From positions 1-64,000 of the IMG/VR virus record IMGVR_UViG_3300025674_000023: DNA of 64,000 nt. One strand, written 5' to 3'. The translations under genes were made by a program, and so were the position numbers. Below the pieces are notes generated by a model. The model was given only the letters and a program-made list of their open reading frames with translations. It did no database searches and was not told where the DNA came from. Below, piece after piece: positions 54,028-62,609 of this stretch. Position 1 is the stretch's first letter. Each line of letters opens with the position of its first letter. The DNA is from a virus.

Positions 54028-54096
54028 TTCACTAAATACCCCGTGCCGTGAAGAACATTATGTTCTTGTAACGGATGTCGAATTCTGTTTATTTTA

Positions 54097-54741
54097 ATGC
54101 TTAAAAAATTACTTCCTATTGTTCTTGCAACTTCAATACCAGCTGCTTTTGCATATCCATCAATCGATGAAATCGAAAATCCATGGATTGATCCATCAGA
54201 TATTGAGTCTGTCAAAAAAATTGATGCCGATTTAGATCCGAAAAAAGCAATTCCGATTGCTAAAATTATTGAAGAAGAAAAGACATGGAAATGTCCTTCT
54301 TGTAATGAAAATGAGAAATATGTTCTCAAAGAACTTCAAGAAAAGACAAGTATTACTGATCGTAATGCTCTTGCCACTATCATGGGCAACATAAAGTCAG
54401 AGTCAAACTTTATTCCCAATATTTGTGAAGGTGGTGCAAGAGTTTCATACCATCATTGCTATAGTGGTGGTTATGGATTGATTCAATGGACTTCCAGCAA
54501 TCGGTATTATGGATTGGGTCAGTTTGCAAAGAAGTACGGATGTAATCCTAGTGAACTTAAATGTCAAACTCGTTATATGATTAACGAACCAACTTTCCAA
54601 AAGCATATTCATGAATTTGAAGGTAGTGGTCAAACAGTTAAATGGTATATGACTACTGCATATTATTGGTTGGGATGGGGTATTAAGGGGTATCGAGAGC
54701 AATATGCTTATAACTATATAAAGAAATTTGTTTTATCTTGA
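54097..54741 (+). CDS. secreted phage-tail-lysozyme-like cell wall hydrolase
   Basis: Signal peptide; ALATIMGNIKSESNF and GYGLIQWT lysozyme-like motifs. Confidence 0.75.
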   Translation: MLKKLLPIVLATSIPAAFAYPSIDEIENPWIDPSDIESVKKIDADLDPKKAIPIAKIIEEEKTWKCPSCNENEKYVLKELQEKTSITDRNALATIMGNIKSESNFIPNICEGGARVSYHHCYSGGYGLIQWTSSNRYYGLGQFAKKYGCNPSELKCQTRYMINEPTFQKHIHEFEGSGQTVKWYMTTAYYWLGWGIKGYREQYAYNYIKKFVLS

Positions 54742-54742
54742 A

Positions 54743-55186
54743 ATGGAACTATTTAAAAAACTCATCGAAAAAATTAATCCTTTAGAATCTTCTGTCAAAG
54801 AGGTTACCTCTAGTCATTTTAGTCATGGATATAGTCCATATAATGGAGTCAAATCTGTTTCGAGTGAAACGATTTTAAAAAATAACCATTACATTGCCGT
54901 TCCTGCTCCAGATATTCTTCCATATGATCCTTGGTTTGATCCACCTATTAAAACGGAAAAACAAATTATTATTGAGAAAAAAAAGTTAGAAGCAAAGAAA
55001 CAGCAAGAACAAGTTGAATCTACTATGAAGCAATCAAAAGAACCAAAGAATATTCATGATGTTCTATATAAAAAAGCAGCAGCACACATGAAAAACTCCT
55101 GGCAAGAAAATCTTGGTGGTTCTGAAAACTTTCATCAAGGTCCTGGTGGTTGGACATCTGGCACTGGTATTAATCAATTTCGTTGA
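54743..55186 (+). CDS. hypothetical protein
   Basis: ORF in operon. Confidence 0.65.
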   Translation: MELFKKLIEKINPLESSVKEVTSSHFSHGYSPYNGVKSVSSETILKNNHYIAVPAPDILPYDPWFDPPIKTEKQIIIEKKKLEAKKQQEQVESTMKQSKEPKNIHDVLYKKAAAHMKNSWQENLGGSENFHQGPGGWTSGTGINQFR

Positions 55187-55192
55187 GTTTTT

Positions 55193-55858
55193 ATGAAAAA
55201 ATTTATTGTCACTTTTTTGACTGCATTTGCTTTTGCTACTCCCGCACTTGCTGACCCAGAAGTAAAAGGTTGGAATAGTTATGACGCAATGGGTTGTATG
55301 CTTTTACGAGAATGCACCGATGAAGTCAAACAAGTCAAAGATATTGAAGATCTTTCCACGAGGTATCCAGATAGCGATTTTAGTTCTATTGCTTATGAGT
55401 TTAATGAGATGCTATCTGCTCTTAGAGAAATCGGAGTTAAAGTTTTTCTAGCAAGTGAAAAATATTTTCCTCCACAGCATCGTGGGGTATATCACACAGT
55501 TGGAAATAACTTCTTTCTGAATGAAGACTATATGCACAAACCTCATCAGTTGATGAGCGTCATGAGGCACGAAGGATGGCACGCTGCTCAAGATTGTATG
55601 GCAGGAACAATTCATAATAACTTTATTGCTATCATTCATAATGAAGATGAGATTCCTCAATATTGGCGCGATATTGCTAAAGATACTTATCCAAAACATT
55701 CTCTTCCTTGGGAACAAGAAGCAATGTGGGCTGGTCATACTGAAAACATGACCATGAATGCTCTTATGGTATGTGCCAAACAACCAATGTGGAAAGTTTA
55801 TCCTCCAACTCCTCTTACCAAGAAATATTTAATTGATGAGGGGTTTATTGATAAATAA
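55193..55858 (+). CDS. secreted protein with HExxH (zincin-like) motif
   Basis: Signal peptide ending PALA; MRHEGWHAAQ...EQEA. Confidence 0.75.
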   Translation: MKKFIVTFLTAFAFATPALADPEVKGWNSYDAMGCMLLRECTDEVKQVKDIEDLSTRYPDSDFSSIAYEFNEMLSALREIGVKVFLASEKYFPPQHRGVYHTVGNNFFLNEDYMHKPHQLMSVMRHEGWHAAQDCMAGTIHNNFIAIIHNEDEIPQYWRDIAKDTYPKHSLPWEQEAMWAGHTENMTMNALMVCAKQPMWKVYPPTPLTKKYLIDEGFIDK

Positions 55859-55878
55859 AAGAGCCTCACTCTTTTCAA

Positions 55879-56169
55879 ATGACAGATTCAAACCTGAAGC
55901 AAAAAGAGGATGCCAATAAGAAAGATAAGTTTGATTGGGCAGATGAAGGTTTATCTGCCCTTGTGCGTGTTGTTATTCTATCGTGGTCTGCAGCAATTCT
56001 TACACTTAATTATGTAACTATTCCTGGTGTTCCTCAAAAAAACATAGACCCAACTTTTATTGCTAGCGTCTTTACTGGAACTTTAGCTACATTTGGAGTT
56101 CAACCGGCAAAGAAAAAAGATGAAGAAGTTGTTAAAAAAGAGGAAGATAAAAAAGAAAAAGTTCAATAG
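55879..56169 (+). CDS. two-helix membrane protein
   Basis: LVRVVILSWSAAILTL, FIASVFTGTLATFGV. Confidence 0.75.
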   Translation: MTDSNLKQKEDANKKDKFDWADEGLSALVRVVILSWSAAILTLNYVTIPGVPQKNIDPTFIASVFTGTLATFGVQPAKKKDEEVVKKEEDKKEKVQ

Positions 56170-56172
56170 TGA

Positions 56173-56820
56173 TTGATCATGATATGGGAATCAAAAGTGT
56201 CTGAGAAAATTGAACTAGAAATACCAACAACAACGCCAACAAAGCAATCACCAATTAAGATTGCTTTGTTGGCATTAGGTATGATTGTTGGTATTTCTCA
56301 TATTGGTCTTCTCGGATATGTTCTTAAAGATAATAATTCAAAAGTAAATCAAGTTCCTGTTATTAATATTCCTCGCGGACCATATTCATCTTATAAAATC
56401 AAAGCAAATAAAGATGGATATGAAATTGAATATCGTGCAGATGATCCTAAGATTTTAGAATCTGAAAGATCTCTTGATGTCGATAGAAATAAAAAAGGAT
56501 GGTTTGGCGGATCATCTGAAAAAAGGAATGAATATCGTCGTGATCAATATACAAGAGAAGGCACCAGAAATACAGGAGGTGCCGCAACAGACGGTGAGGG
56601 AAAGACTCTTGCCAAAAGCGAAGAGTGCATCAGGGCGGACGCTGGAGCACGGTCACAAGGTGCGATGGCAGGTAGTGCAATTGCTGCTGGCGCAATTGTT
56701 CCTGCTGTTGTTAACATTCCCTACGTTGGTTGGTTAGTAGGTGGTTGGGCATTATTACTTGGTCAAAAAGTAGGTTCTGATGTTGGATCTGAAGTTGGAT
56801 CTGTCTTTAATGATTGTTAG
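56173..56820 (+). CDS. membrane protein with glycine-zipper-like C-terminus
   Basis: N-term TM helix; GAMAGSAIAAG...GSDVGSEVG. Confidence 0.7.
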   Translation: MIMIWESKVSEKIELEIPTTTPTKQSPIKIALLALGMIVGISHIGLLGYVLKDNNSKVNQVPVINIPRGPYSSYKIKANKDGYEIEYRADDPKILESERSLDVDRNKKGWFGGSSEKRNEYRRDQYTREGTRNTGGAATDGEGKTLAKSEECIRADAGARSQGAMAGSAIAAGAIVPAVVNIPYVGWLVGGWALLLGQKVGSDVGSEVGSVFNDC

Positions 56821-57020
56821 TGATGCTTACCTTTATAAACTATGTCACTGCATTCTGGTCAGTGGTTGTAATAAATTGCATTAACACCGTGAATTTTAAA
56901 TATTGTTTACCAGTTAATGAATGGTTATTTCCTGAGATTCAGTATTTGATTAAACTTAAAACAGGTGAAATAGTTCCATATCAAGAAGAAAAAGATTACC
57001 TTAAAAAGATAAATGAATGA
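56814..57020 (+). CDS. hypothetical protein
   Basis: ORF in operon. Confidence 0.55.
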   Translation: MLVMLTFINYVTAFWSVVVINCINTVNFKYCLPVNEWLFPEIQYLIKLKTGEIVPYQEEKDYLKKINE

Positions 57021-57207
57021 TCCAGTTTGGAGTATTTTTATTGCGATGATCCTACTCCTTTCTGGAACGGGATATTACATATATACTATTATGTTTTTAG
57101 CATATCAGGAACTAAAAGAAGATGGCCAAGTCCGCGAACAAGGGCAAGAAGGGATCTGCGAACAACAAGGCGCAGAACCAGGGCAATGCAACGGCAAAGA
57201 AAGCTAA
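57013..57207 (+). CDS. small membrane protein
   Basis: MNDPVWSIFIAMILLLSGTGYYIY. Confidence 0.6.
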   Translation: MNDPVWSIFIAMILLLSGTGYYIYTIMFLAYQELKEDGQVREQGQEGICEQQGAEPGQCNGKES

Positions 57208-57229
57208 GAATGGAGGAAAGAAAAAGTAA
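57122..57229 (+). CDS. 35-aa Lys/Asn/Gly-rich basic peptide
   Basis: MAKSANKGKKGSANNKAQNQGNATAKKAKNGGKKK; overlaps the previous ORF in another frame. Confidence 0.45.
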   Translation: MAKSANKGKKGSANNKAQNQGNATAKKAKNGGKKK

Positions 57230-57257
57230 TATATACTTTGTATGGCATATGATAAAA

Positions 57258-57491
57258 ATGAAATACCTGTTGATTCCAATTCTTATTTTGAGTACGACGG
57301 CAGTTTATGCTCAAAATAAGAAGTTGGAGATATTCAATCAGGCACTAGAAAATTTAAAATTATATCGGTTGGAGCAAACAATGACTCCTCCCGAAGATGC
57401 CTTAGATCAAGCATTAGCGGAGTTCAATTATGGGCATTATGGTTCCACCGAGTCGGAAGAGTTGTTACAACTTCCGAGTAGTAGAGATTAA
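57258..57491 (+). CDS. secreted hypothetical protein
   Basis: MKYLLIPILILSTTAVYA signal peptide. Confidence 0.6.
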   Translation: MKYLLIPILILSTTAVYAQNKKLEIFNQALENLKLYRLEQTMTPPEDALDQALAEFNYGHYGSTESEELLQLPSSRD

Positions 57492-57891
57492 TCGTGTCGT
57501 CGATGGTGATACTATTGATGTTACTATTGATCTCGGTTTTGATTTATACAAGAAAGAAAGAGTTAGAGTTGCAGGAGTTGATACGCCTGAGAAGAGAACA
57601 AAGGATGAGGAAGAGAAGGCATTAGGATATGATGCCACTCATTGGCTTGAAGAAAAACTTGAAAGCGCAATTGCCGGTGAAGATGATCTTGTCATCCGCA
57701 CTGAACTTGTTGGTGGTGTGGGCAAGTATGGTCGTCTTCTTGGATGGTTATATATTGGTGACGCAACTGTTTCACTTAATGAGCAAATGATTGCTGAAGG
57801 ACTAGCGTGGGAATACGATGGGGGGACAAAGAAAAAGAACTTTGAAGAACTGAAAGAAATTCGTCGTGCTCATGGCACTTTAGTGGTATGA
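57430..57891 (+). CDS. staphylococcal nuclease (thermonuclease)-like protein
   Basis: RVVDGDTID, RVRVAGVDTPE, GKYGRLLG, LNEQMIAEGLA. Confidence 0.9.
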   Translation: MGIMVPPSRKSCYNFRVVEINRVVDGDTIDVTIDLGFDLYKKERVRVAGVDTPEKRTKDEEEKALGYDATHWLEEKLESAIAGEDDLVIRTELVGGVGKYGRLLGWLYIGDATVSLNEQMIAEGLAWEYDGGTKKKNFEELKEIRRAHGTLVV

Positions 57892-57985
57892 TTTCTACTC
57901 TTTATGTTCTTTTTTTAATCGTTTTAATTACTCTTGGTATGAATGCTATTGGAAATAAAAATAGCATTAATAGGGATTAATAAAA

Positions 57986-58252
57986 ATGCAAAAAATTTTT
58001 AATTTTATGGCTTTTACATCCTTTTTGGTTAGTGCTGCTATTGCTGCAGGAGGATTTTGGTTGTATAAAAATAAAGATGTAATGATTGAAGAGACGAGGC
58101 AAAAGGTTGTTAAGGAAATTTCAGATTCTCTTCCTGGAATTGTTCAAGAATTAATGCCAAAAGTTCCTGAAATGCCATCGGCAACCGGTGGAGTTATTCC
58201 CGAAACAAAAACTAACATTCCACCTGTAACTGGCGGAGTTGTGCCTTTTTAA
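57986..58252 (+). CDS. membrane-anchored hypothetical protein
   Basis: N-term TM helix, Pro-rich tail. Confidence 0.7.
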   Translation: MQKIFNFMAFTSFLVSAAIAAGGFWLYKNKDVMIEETRQKVVKEISDSLPGIVQELMPKVPEMPSATGGVIPETKTNIPPVTGGVVPF

Positions 58253-58391
58253 TGTTAAATAGTTAAAGAATTATTGGTATTATGGTTAAAAGAAAAAAAG
58301 ATATGGCAAAGGAAGAGGCAACAAAAACCTTTGCCCTATATGTATTTTTCCATTCCATATGGACATCAGTTTTTAATTTCTTTGAAAGTTA

Positions 58392-59081
58392 ATGATTGAA
58401 ATTCGTGAAATTCGGATAAGGGAAATTAATGTTCCTCCAGTTCCTGAATGGTTGATGTCTCCACCTACGGCAATACCTGCTGCTGCACCAGTGACATTTC
58501 AGGTTGGTGTTCCTATTATAGATATGCCAGGATGTGTTCAGTCACATAATTCTGGAAACGGTAATAAGGAGCTTCAAAAAGATGACCCGAATGGACTTGT
58601 TACGCATTGTGACGCTAGTATCCCCTTTTATACTCCTATGGATTTTGAACCAGAAAGGGTGATACCAACAAAACCTGCTGCAGTTCCAAAGTATGAAAAA
58701 CCAAAAGCAGAAACTCCAGAAATTCCCCTAGAAGTTCTTCCTGCCCAACCACAAACAGTTCAGATAAAAGAACCTGTTATAGAAGTTCCTGAACCTAAAC
58801 CAGAAATACCTTGGCAAGAAAAATATTTACCGGCACCAGAAGCGGCAACAACGACTGCTACGATTGCTGTGATTGCGACTACATCTGCGCTTCTGGCAAA
58901 ACCACTTGCCGATATTTTATTAAAAGTTATTAAACCAACAGTTAAGAAGGTTATTACAAAGATCGCAAAGATAAGAGGAAAGAAACCTAAGATTTTGTCT
59001 TTGGCAGAGCGTCGAGAGGAGCAGCGGGACCGGACACAGGCAATTCGCGCTTTGAGGAAGGCACTGAAGCCGAAGGGATAG
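58392..59081 (+). CDS. Pro-rich hypothetical protein with C-terminal hydrophobic and basic segments
   Basis: ORF convergent with the minus-strand cluster. Confidence 0.7.
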   Translation: MIEIREIRIREINVPPVPEWLMSPPTAIPAAAPVTFQVGVPIIDMPGCVQSHNSGNGNKELQKDDPNGLVTHCDASIPFYTPMDFEPERVIPTKPAAVPKYEKPKAETPEIPLEVLPAQPQTVQIKEPVIEVPEPKPEIPWQEKYLPAPEAATTTATIAVIATTSALLAKPLADILLKVIKPTVKKVITKIAKIRGKKPKILSLAERREEQRDRTQAIRALRKALKPKG

Positions 59082-59886
59082 AATGTCTGTGTGGTGGAAT
59101 CACTCCTCCAGGATTAGTTACGATAACATCGGAACATATCTTTGCGTATTCACTTTTCGGATGAAAGTAAATACCTGCCTTCATTAATTCGCCACAATTT
59201 TTAAGTCTGGCAATCTCAAAATCCAATCTCTTATTGGCAAGCATTTGTTGTTGTAATGCAGTATGAGTATCTGCTGCTTTTTTGCAACGTGACTGTAATC
59301 CACCATCAAGAGGAATAGAGAGCGTTGCCGAAATGCCCAGAGAAGTATTGTGATTATTCTTCTGCCCAGTTCTGATTGGAACTCTATACAAGACGCTTCC
59401 TGGGTTATCTGGTGCCCCATCTTCGTCCATGTCTCTCATATCATAGACATTATCCCAATAGTAATCTTCGTATGGGGTTTGTCTTGAGAGTGCTCCTGTT
59501 ATGAATGGCGTAAAATTGAGGGTAGGTCCCTGACACTGGATTCCACCACCATACGTGTTCGTGATGTATGGGCCTTGTAGCACCTGAATCGCCTGGTTGG
59601 TAACGCTACCCGAGCTGTTAGCAATAGGAGAAGCGGTGGCGCTAACGCCACCAACAGTCTCAGCCAATACCTTTTGTGAGAGAATGGAGGATACAATAAG
59701 TGCTCCTGTTACTATACGACTTACTGTTGAAATATACTTGTTGTGTCTGTAATGCTTGTCACTTCTGTGACTCTTTGAATAATCGTTTGATTCGACATTC
59801 CTGGACCAGAATACGTTTCTGTAAACTGGAATGCTGCTCCTGGGTTTGTCTGTACGAATTGTGGTTTGCTTGTTACTCCAGTCCAT
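58987..59886 (-). CDS. hypothetical (probably exported) protein, start uncertain
   Basis: Long minus-strand ORF; signal-like segment ending VLAETVGG lies about 55 codons after the ATG. Confidence 0.7.
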   Translation of the reverse strand: MDWSNKQTTIRTDKPRSSIPVYRNVFWSRNVESNDYSKSHRSDKHYRHNKYISTVSRIVTGALIVSSILSQKVLAETVGGVSATASPIANSSGSVTNQAIQVLQGPYITNTYGGGIQCQGPTLNFTPFITGALSRQTPYEDYYWDNVYDMRDMDEDGAPDNPGSVLYRVPIRTGQKNNHNTSLGISATLSIPLDGGLQSRCKKAADTHTALQQQMLANKRLDFEIARLKNCGELMKAGIYFHPKSEYAKICSDVIVTNPGGVIPPHRHSIPSASVPSSKRELPVSGPAAPLDALPKTKS

Positions 59887-60167
59887 GATGATGTCACTCC
59901 ATCAATAGTTACGCTTATTGCCCCAGTTCCTGGGGATAAATTTCCATTTGCCGTGATTCCACTTCCAGTTACAGAATATTGATATCCAGTGCTGTAATCA
60001 ATTGAGTTGATTGTTTCTGTAACTTTAGACGTGGTTTCTGTGTGGCTGGTCATCGCTCCTTGTGTAAAGTTAGGAACTACTGGAACTGCCTTTGCAACAG
60101 GTACAAGTAGTCCGTGTAGAACACCAAGAACCAACCCAAGACCGATTGCTTCTTGTAATCTATCCAT
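59721..60167 (-). CDS. exported Thr/Gly-rich hypothetical protein
   Basis: Signal peptide followed by AVPVVPNFTQG. Confidence 0.75.
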   Translation of the reverse strand: MDRLQEAIGLGLVLGVLHGLLVPVAKAVPVVPNFTQGAMTSHTETTSKVTETINSIDYSTGYQYSVTGSGITANGNLSPGTGAISVTIDGVTSSWTGVTSKPQFVQTNPGAAFQFTETYSGPGMSNQTIIQRVTEVTSITDTTSIFQQ

Positions 60168-60175
60168 ATTTATTG

Positions 60176-60670
60176 TCAGTCGATTACAGTGATTTCTGAA
60201 ACAAATTGTCCTACCGCACTTGAACCTGGACCACCTGCTGTTACGGTAAGAACTCCTGCCGAAGTTACTGTACCGGCAAGAGCACCAGCAGTTCCTGCAG
60301 TATAAGAAGTTACGCTTCCAAAGTTGGGAACATCACCGACAGTGGGAGCAGCAGCAGGAATTGCATCGCCCTGAGTATAAGATTGACTAAATGAGAATGC
60401 GGCACCAGGAGTATCTTGAGTTGCAGCAATCGTTCCTGGAGCATAGATGCCAGATGTAATTGTTCCGGCAGAAACTGTATTGACAGTTGTTCCGTCAGTA
60501 GTATCTACATTACTACCAGAAATACTGAATGATGAACCAACTCTTGTTGCTGTCGATCTAGCAGCATCAACGGTTAATTGAACGCTAGAAGCATGTTTGG
60601 TGACAAGACCACCCGCATATGCTGGAGAAGTAAATAACAATAATCCAAGTAATATTAGGGTTTTCTTCAT
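60176..60670 (-). CDS. exported Thr/Ser/Gly-rich hypothetical protein
   Basis: MKKTLILLGLLLFTSPAYA signal; shares PGAAF(S/Q)F motif with 59721-60167. Confidence 0.78.
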   Translation of the reverse strand: MKKTLILLGLLLFTSPAYAGGLVTKHASSVQLTVDAARSTATRVGSSFSISGSNVDTTDGTTVNTVSAGTITSGIYAPGTIAATQDTPGAAFSFSQSYTQGDAIPAAAPTVGDVPNFGSVTSYTAGTAGALAGTVTSAGVLTVTAGGPGSSAVGQFVSEITVID

Positions 60671-60754
60671 AGAACTAAGCACGGATCTTACCTTTATTTA
60701 GTTGATAGATGTATGATATAAATAAAATCAAATTACAAAAATTTGAAAATAGTA

Positions 60755-60970
60755 ATGACTGAACAACAACAACATCTATCTAGTTTGCTACAACAAGCAC
60801 GATCTTTACAGAATGAGTTGGATAATCTTCAAAGTGCTACTGCATCTAAAAGAGAAGTATTTTGGAAAATTCAAGGTGCAATTGAATATCTCACACAAAC
60901 AGGTGTAACACTTCCAGAACCTACAGCGCCAGAAGAGGCAGTAGAAGAAGCACCTGCAGAAGAGGCTTGA
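60755..60970 (+). CDS. small coiled-coil protein
   Basis: Late promoter at 60717; KIQGAIEYL. Confidence 0.7.
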   Translation: MTEQQQHLSSLLQQARSLQNELDNLQSATASKREVFWKIQGAIEYLTQTGVTLPEPTAPEEAVEEAPAEEA

Positions 60971-60995
60971 CTCCCTGACTAAGACGGTTTATAAT
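60967..60995 (+). promoter_or_regulatory. sigma70 promoter of tRNA cluster
   Basis: TTGACT-17 nt-TATAAT. Confidence 0.75.
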
Positions 60996-61074
60996 ATCTG
61001 AGTCGAGAGGGGAACCGAACGGAACTTCGTTCTGAGCAACTCCTTTGGAGTTGTCTGGACCCCTCTTTACCCTT

Positions 61075-61148
61075 GACTCAATAGCTCAGTGGATTAGAGC
61101 AACTCTCTTCTAAAGAGTCGGTCGTAGGTTCGAATCCTACTTGAGTCG
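61075..61148 (+). tRNA. tRNA-Arg(UCU)
   Basis: GACTCAA/TTGAGTC acceptor, ACTCT-CTTCTAA-AGAGT, TTCGAAT. Confidence 0.95.
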
Positions 61149-61186
61149 TTGGGTAAACTTACCCATACTTTTCGTTTCTTTTGATT

Positions 61187-61441
61187 ATGCCAGATCCAAG
61201 GGATTCAAATTTGCCTGAACCTCTACAGCATGTGGAACGTGATTGGTATAAGTATCGTCATGGTGGTCTTGAAGTCAAGTCTGTAAATATTCTCCGACTC
61301 ATTAGTGAGTTAGAGGGTTCTTACCAATTGTGTAAGTATATGGCATTTGATGACGACATGGAGATTCTTGAAGAAATGAAATCGAGATACTATAAAATGT
61401 ATTTCAGACTTTCCAAGCAAGAAAAATCCTTGCTTGACTGA
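61187..61441 (+). CDS. hypothetical protein
   Basis: ORF between tRNA-Arg and tRNA-Asn. Confidence 0.65.
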   Translation: MPDPRDSNLPEPLQHVERDWYKYRHGGLEVKSVNILRLISELEGSYQLCKYMAFDDDMEILEEMKSRYYKMYFRLSKQEKSLLD

Positions 61442-61445
61442 GTAT

Positions 61446-61519
61446 TCCCGTTTAGCTCAGTTGGTAGTAGCGTTTGACTGTTAATCAAAATGTCGCTGGT
61501 TCGAGCCCAGCAACGGGAG
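61446..61519 (+). tRNA. tRNA-Asn(GUU)
   Basis: TCCCGTT/AACGGGA acceptor, TTTGA-CTGTTAA-TCAAA, TTCGAGC. Confidence 0.93.
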
Positions 61520-61555
61520 TTATCGGTATAAATAAAAAAAGTTATACCGATAATA

Positions 61556-61873
61556 ATGGCAAAGATAGAAACCAGAACTTACGCCGAAAGAAAAGCAAAA
61601 GATCCTGAATGGGCGAAAAAAATGTCTGAAAGGACATCTGCGACCAGAAGGAAGAATGTAGCGATTCTAAAAGAGGAAGCAGGAAACTGTTGCTCTCGGT
61701 GTGGTTATGATAAATGTCTTGCCGCATTAGAATTTCATCATACTGACCCAACTGCAAAGGAAGGTGGTATAATAGGTTCTACTGCTTCTCTTGCTAAACA
61801 ACGAGCAGAAGCAGAAAAGTGTATTCTCGTTTGTGCTAACTGCCATAGAGAAATACACAACCCGCCCCTGTAG
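61556..61873 (+). CDS. HNH endonuclease (putative free-standing homing endonuclease)
   Basis: CSRCG...LEFHHTDP...CILVCANCHREIH. Confidence 0.88.
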   Translation: MAKIETRTYAERKAKDPEWAKKMSERTSATRRKNVAILKEEAGNCCSRCGYDKCLAALEFHHTDPTAKEGGIIGSTASLAKQRAEAEKCILVCANCHREIHNPPL

Positions 61874-61935
61874 CACAACGGTAGTGCATCTCACTTGTAA
61901 TGAGAAGGTTGCTGGTTCGAATCCAGTCAGTGGCT
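61864..61935 (+). tRNA. tRNA-Thr(UGU)
   Basis: GCCCCTG/CAGTGGC acceptor (one mismatch), TCTCA-CTTGTAA-TGAGA, TTCGAAT. Confidence 0.88.
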
Positions 61936-61963
61936 TGACAAGATTACAATCTTGTCTTATAAT
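61935..61963 (+). promoter_or_regulatory. consensus sigma70 promoter with palindromic spacer
   Basis: TTGACA-17 nt-TATAAT; inverted repeat GACAAGATT/AATCTTGTC. Confidence 0.75.
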
Positions 61964-62012
61964 CCCTTCCGTGTGAAAGATGCGTTGAGGAGAGAAATCT
62001 CCTCGCCCCTTT

Positions 62013-62083
62013 GCGAAATTGGTGTAGTGGTAACATCCCATCCTTCCAAGTTGGTGTCACGGGTTCGAATCCCGTATTTCGCT
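62013..62083 (+). tRNA. tRNA-Gly(UCC)
   Basis: GCGAAAT/ATTTCGC acceptor, anticodon loop CTTCCAA, ACGGG-TTCGAAT-CCCGT. Confidence 0.9.
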
Positions 62084-62223
62084 TTCGGGAAACCGAATCT
62101 CCCGAAACTGTATAAATAATAGACCTTTTGTTTATTTTTGTAACAAAAGGCAACACAGAACCAAGTCGAGGTTCTTAACATCTGTGGGTAACCATTCCAC
62201 AAGTAAAAAACGAGGTATCTAAA

Positions 62224-62589
62224 ATGATTAAATCTGTAATCGCAGCTGCTGCTGCAACTCCTTTCCTGGCTTCTGCTGCCCTTGCAGGTCCTTATGTTAA
62301 TGTCGAAACCAACGCTGGTTGGTCCGGTGCTGACTATGGCGGTGCTGCAACTGATCTGCATCTTGGTTTTGAAGGTAGCGAAGGCGTTCTGGGTTATTAC
62401 ATCCAGGGCGGTCCTGCTTTCCTGACTCCTGATGGTGGCGATAGCGAAACCGTCTTCACAGGTAAGGTAGGCGCTTCTGTTGCCGCTACCCAGAACCTGG
62501 GTGTATATGGCGAGTTCTCCATGGCAACTGCTGCTGATGGCGGTGACAATGGTTATGGTGGCAAACTGGGCGTTAAGTATAAGTTCTGA
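62224..62589 (+). CDS. small outer-membrane beta-barrel-like protein
   Basis: Signal peptide ending ALA-GPYV, alternating beta strands, C-term GVKYKF. Confidence 0.75.
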   Translation: MIKSVIAAAAATPFLASAALAGPYVNVETNAGWSGADYGGAATDLHLGFEGSEGVLGYYIQGGPAFLTPDGGDSETVFTGKVGASVAATQNLGVYGEFSMATAADGGDNGYGGKLGVKYKF

Positions 62590-62609
62590 TATTAATATCA
62601 GGTAATTCT

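Noticed and set aside
61957-62361. Minus-strand ORFs across the tRNA-Thr/Gly region
   Set aside because: They overlap clear tRNA cloverleafs and a plus-strand gene.
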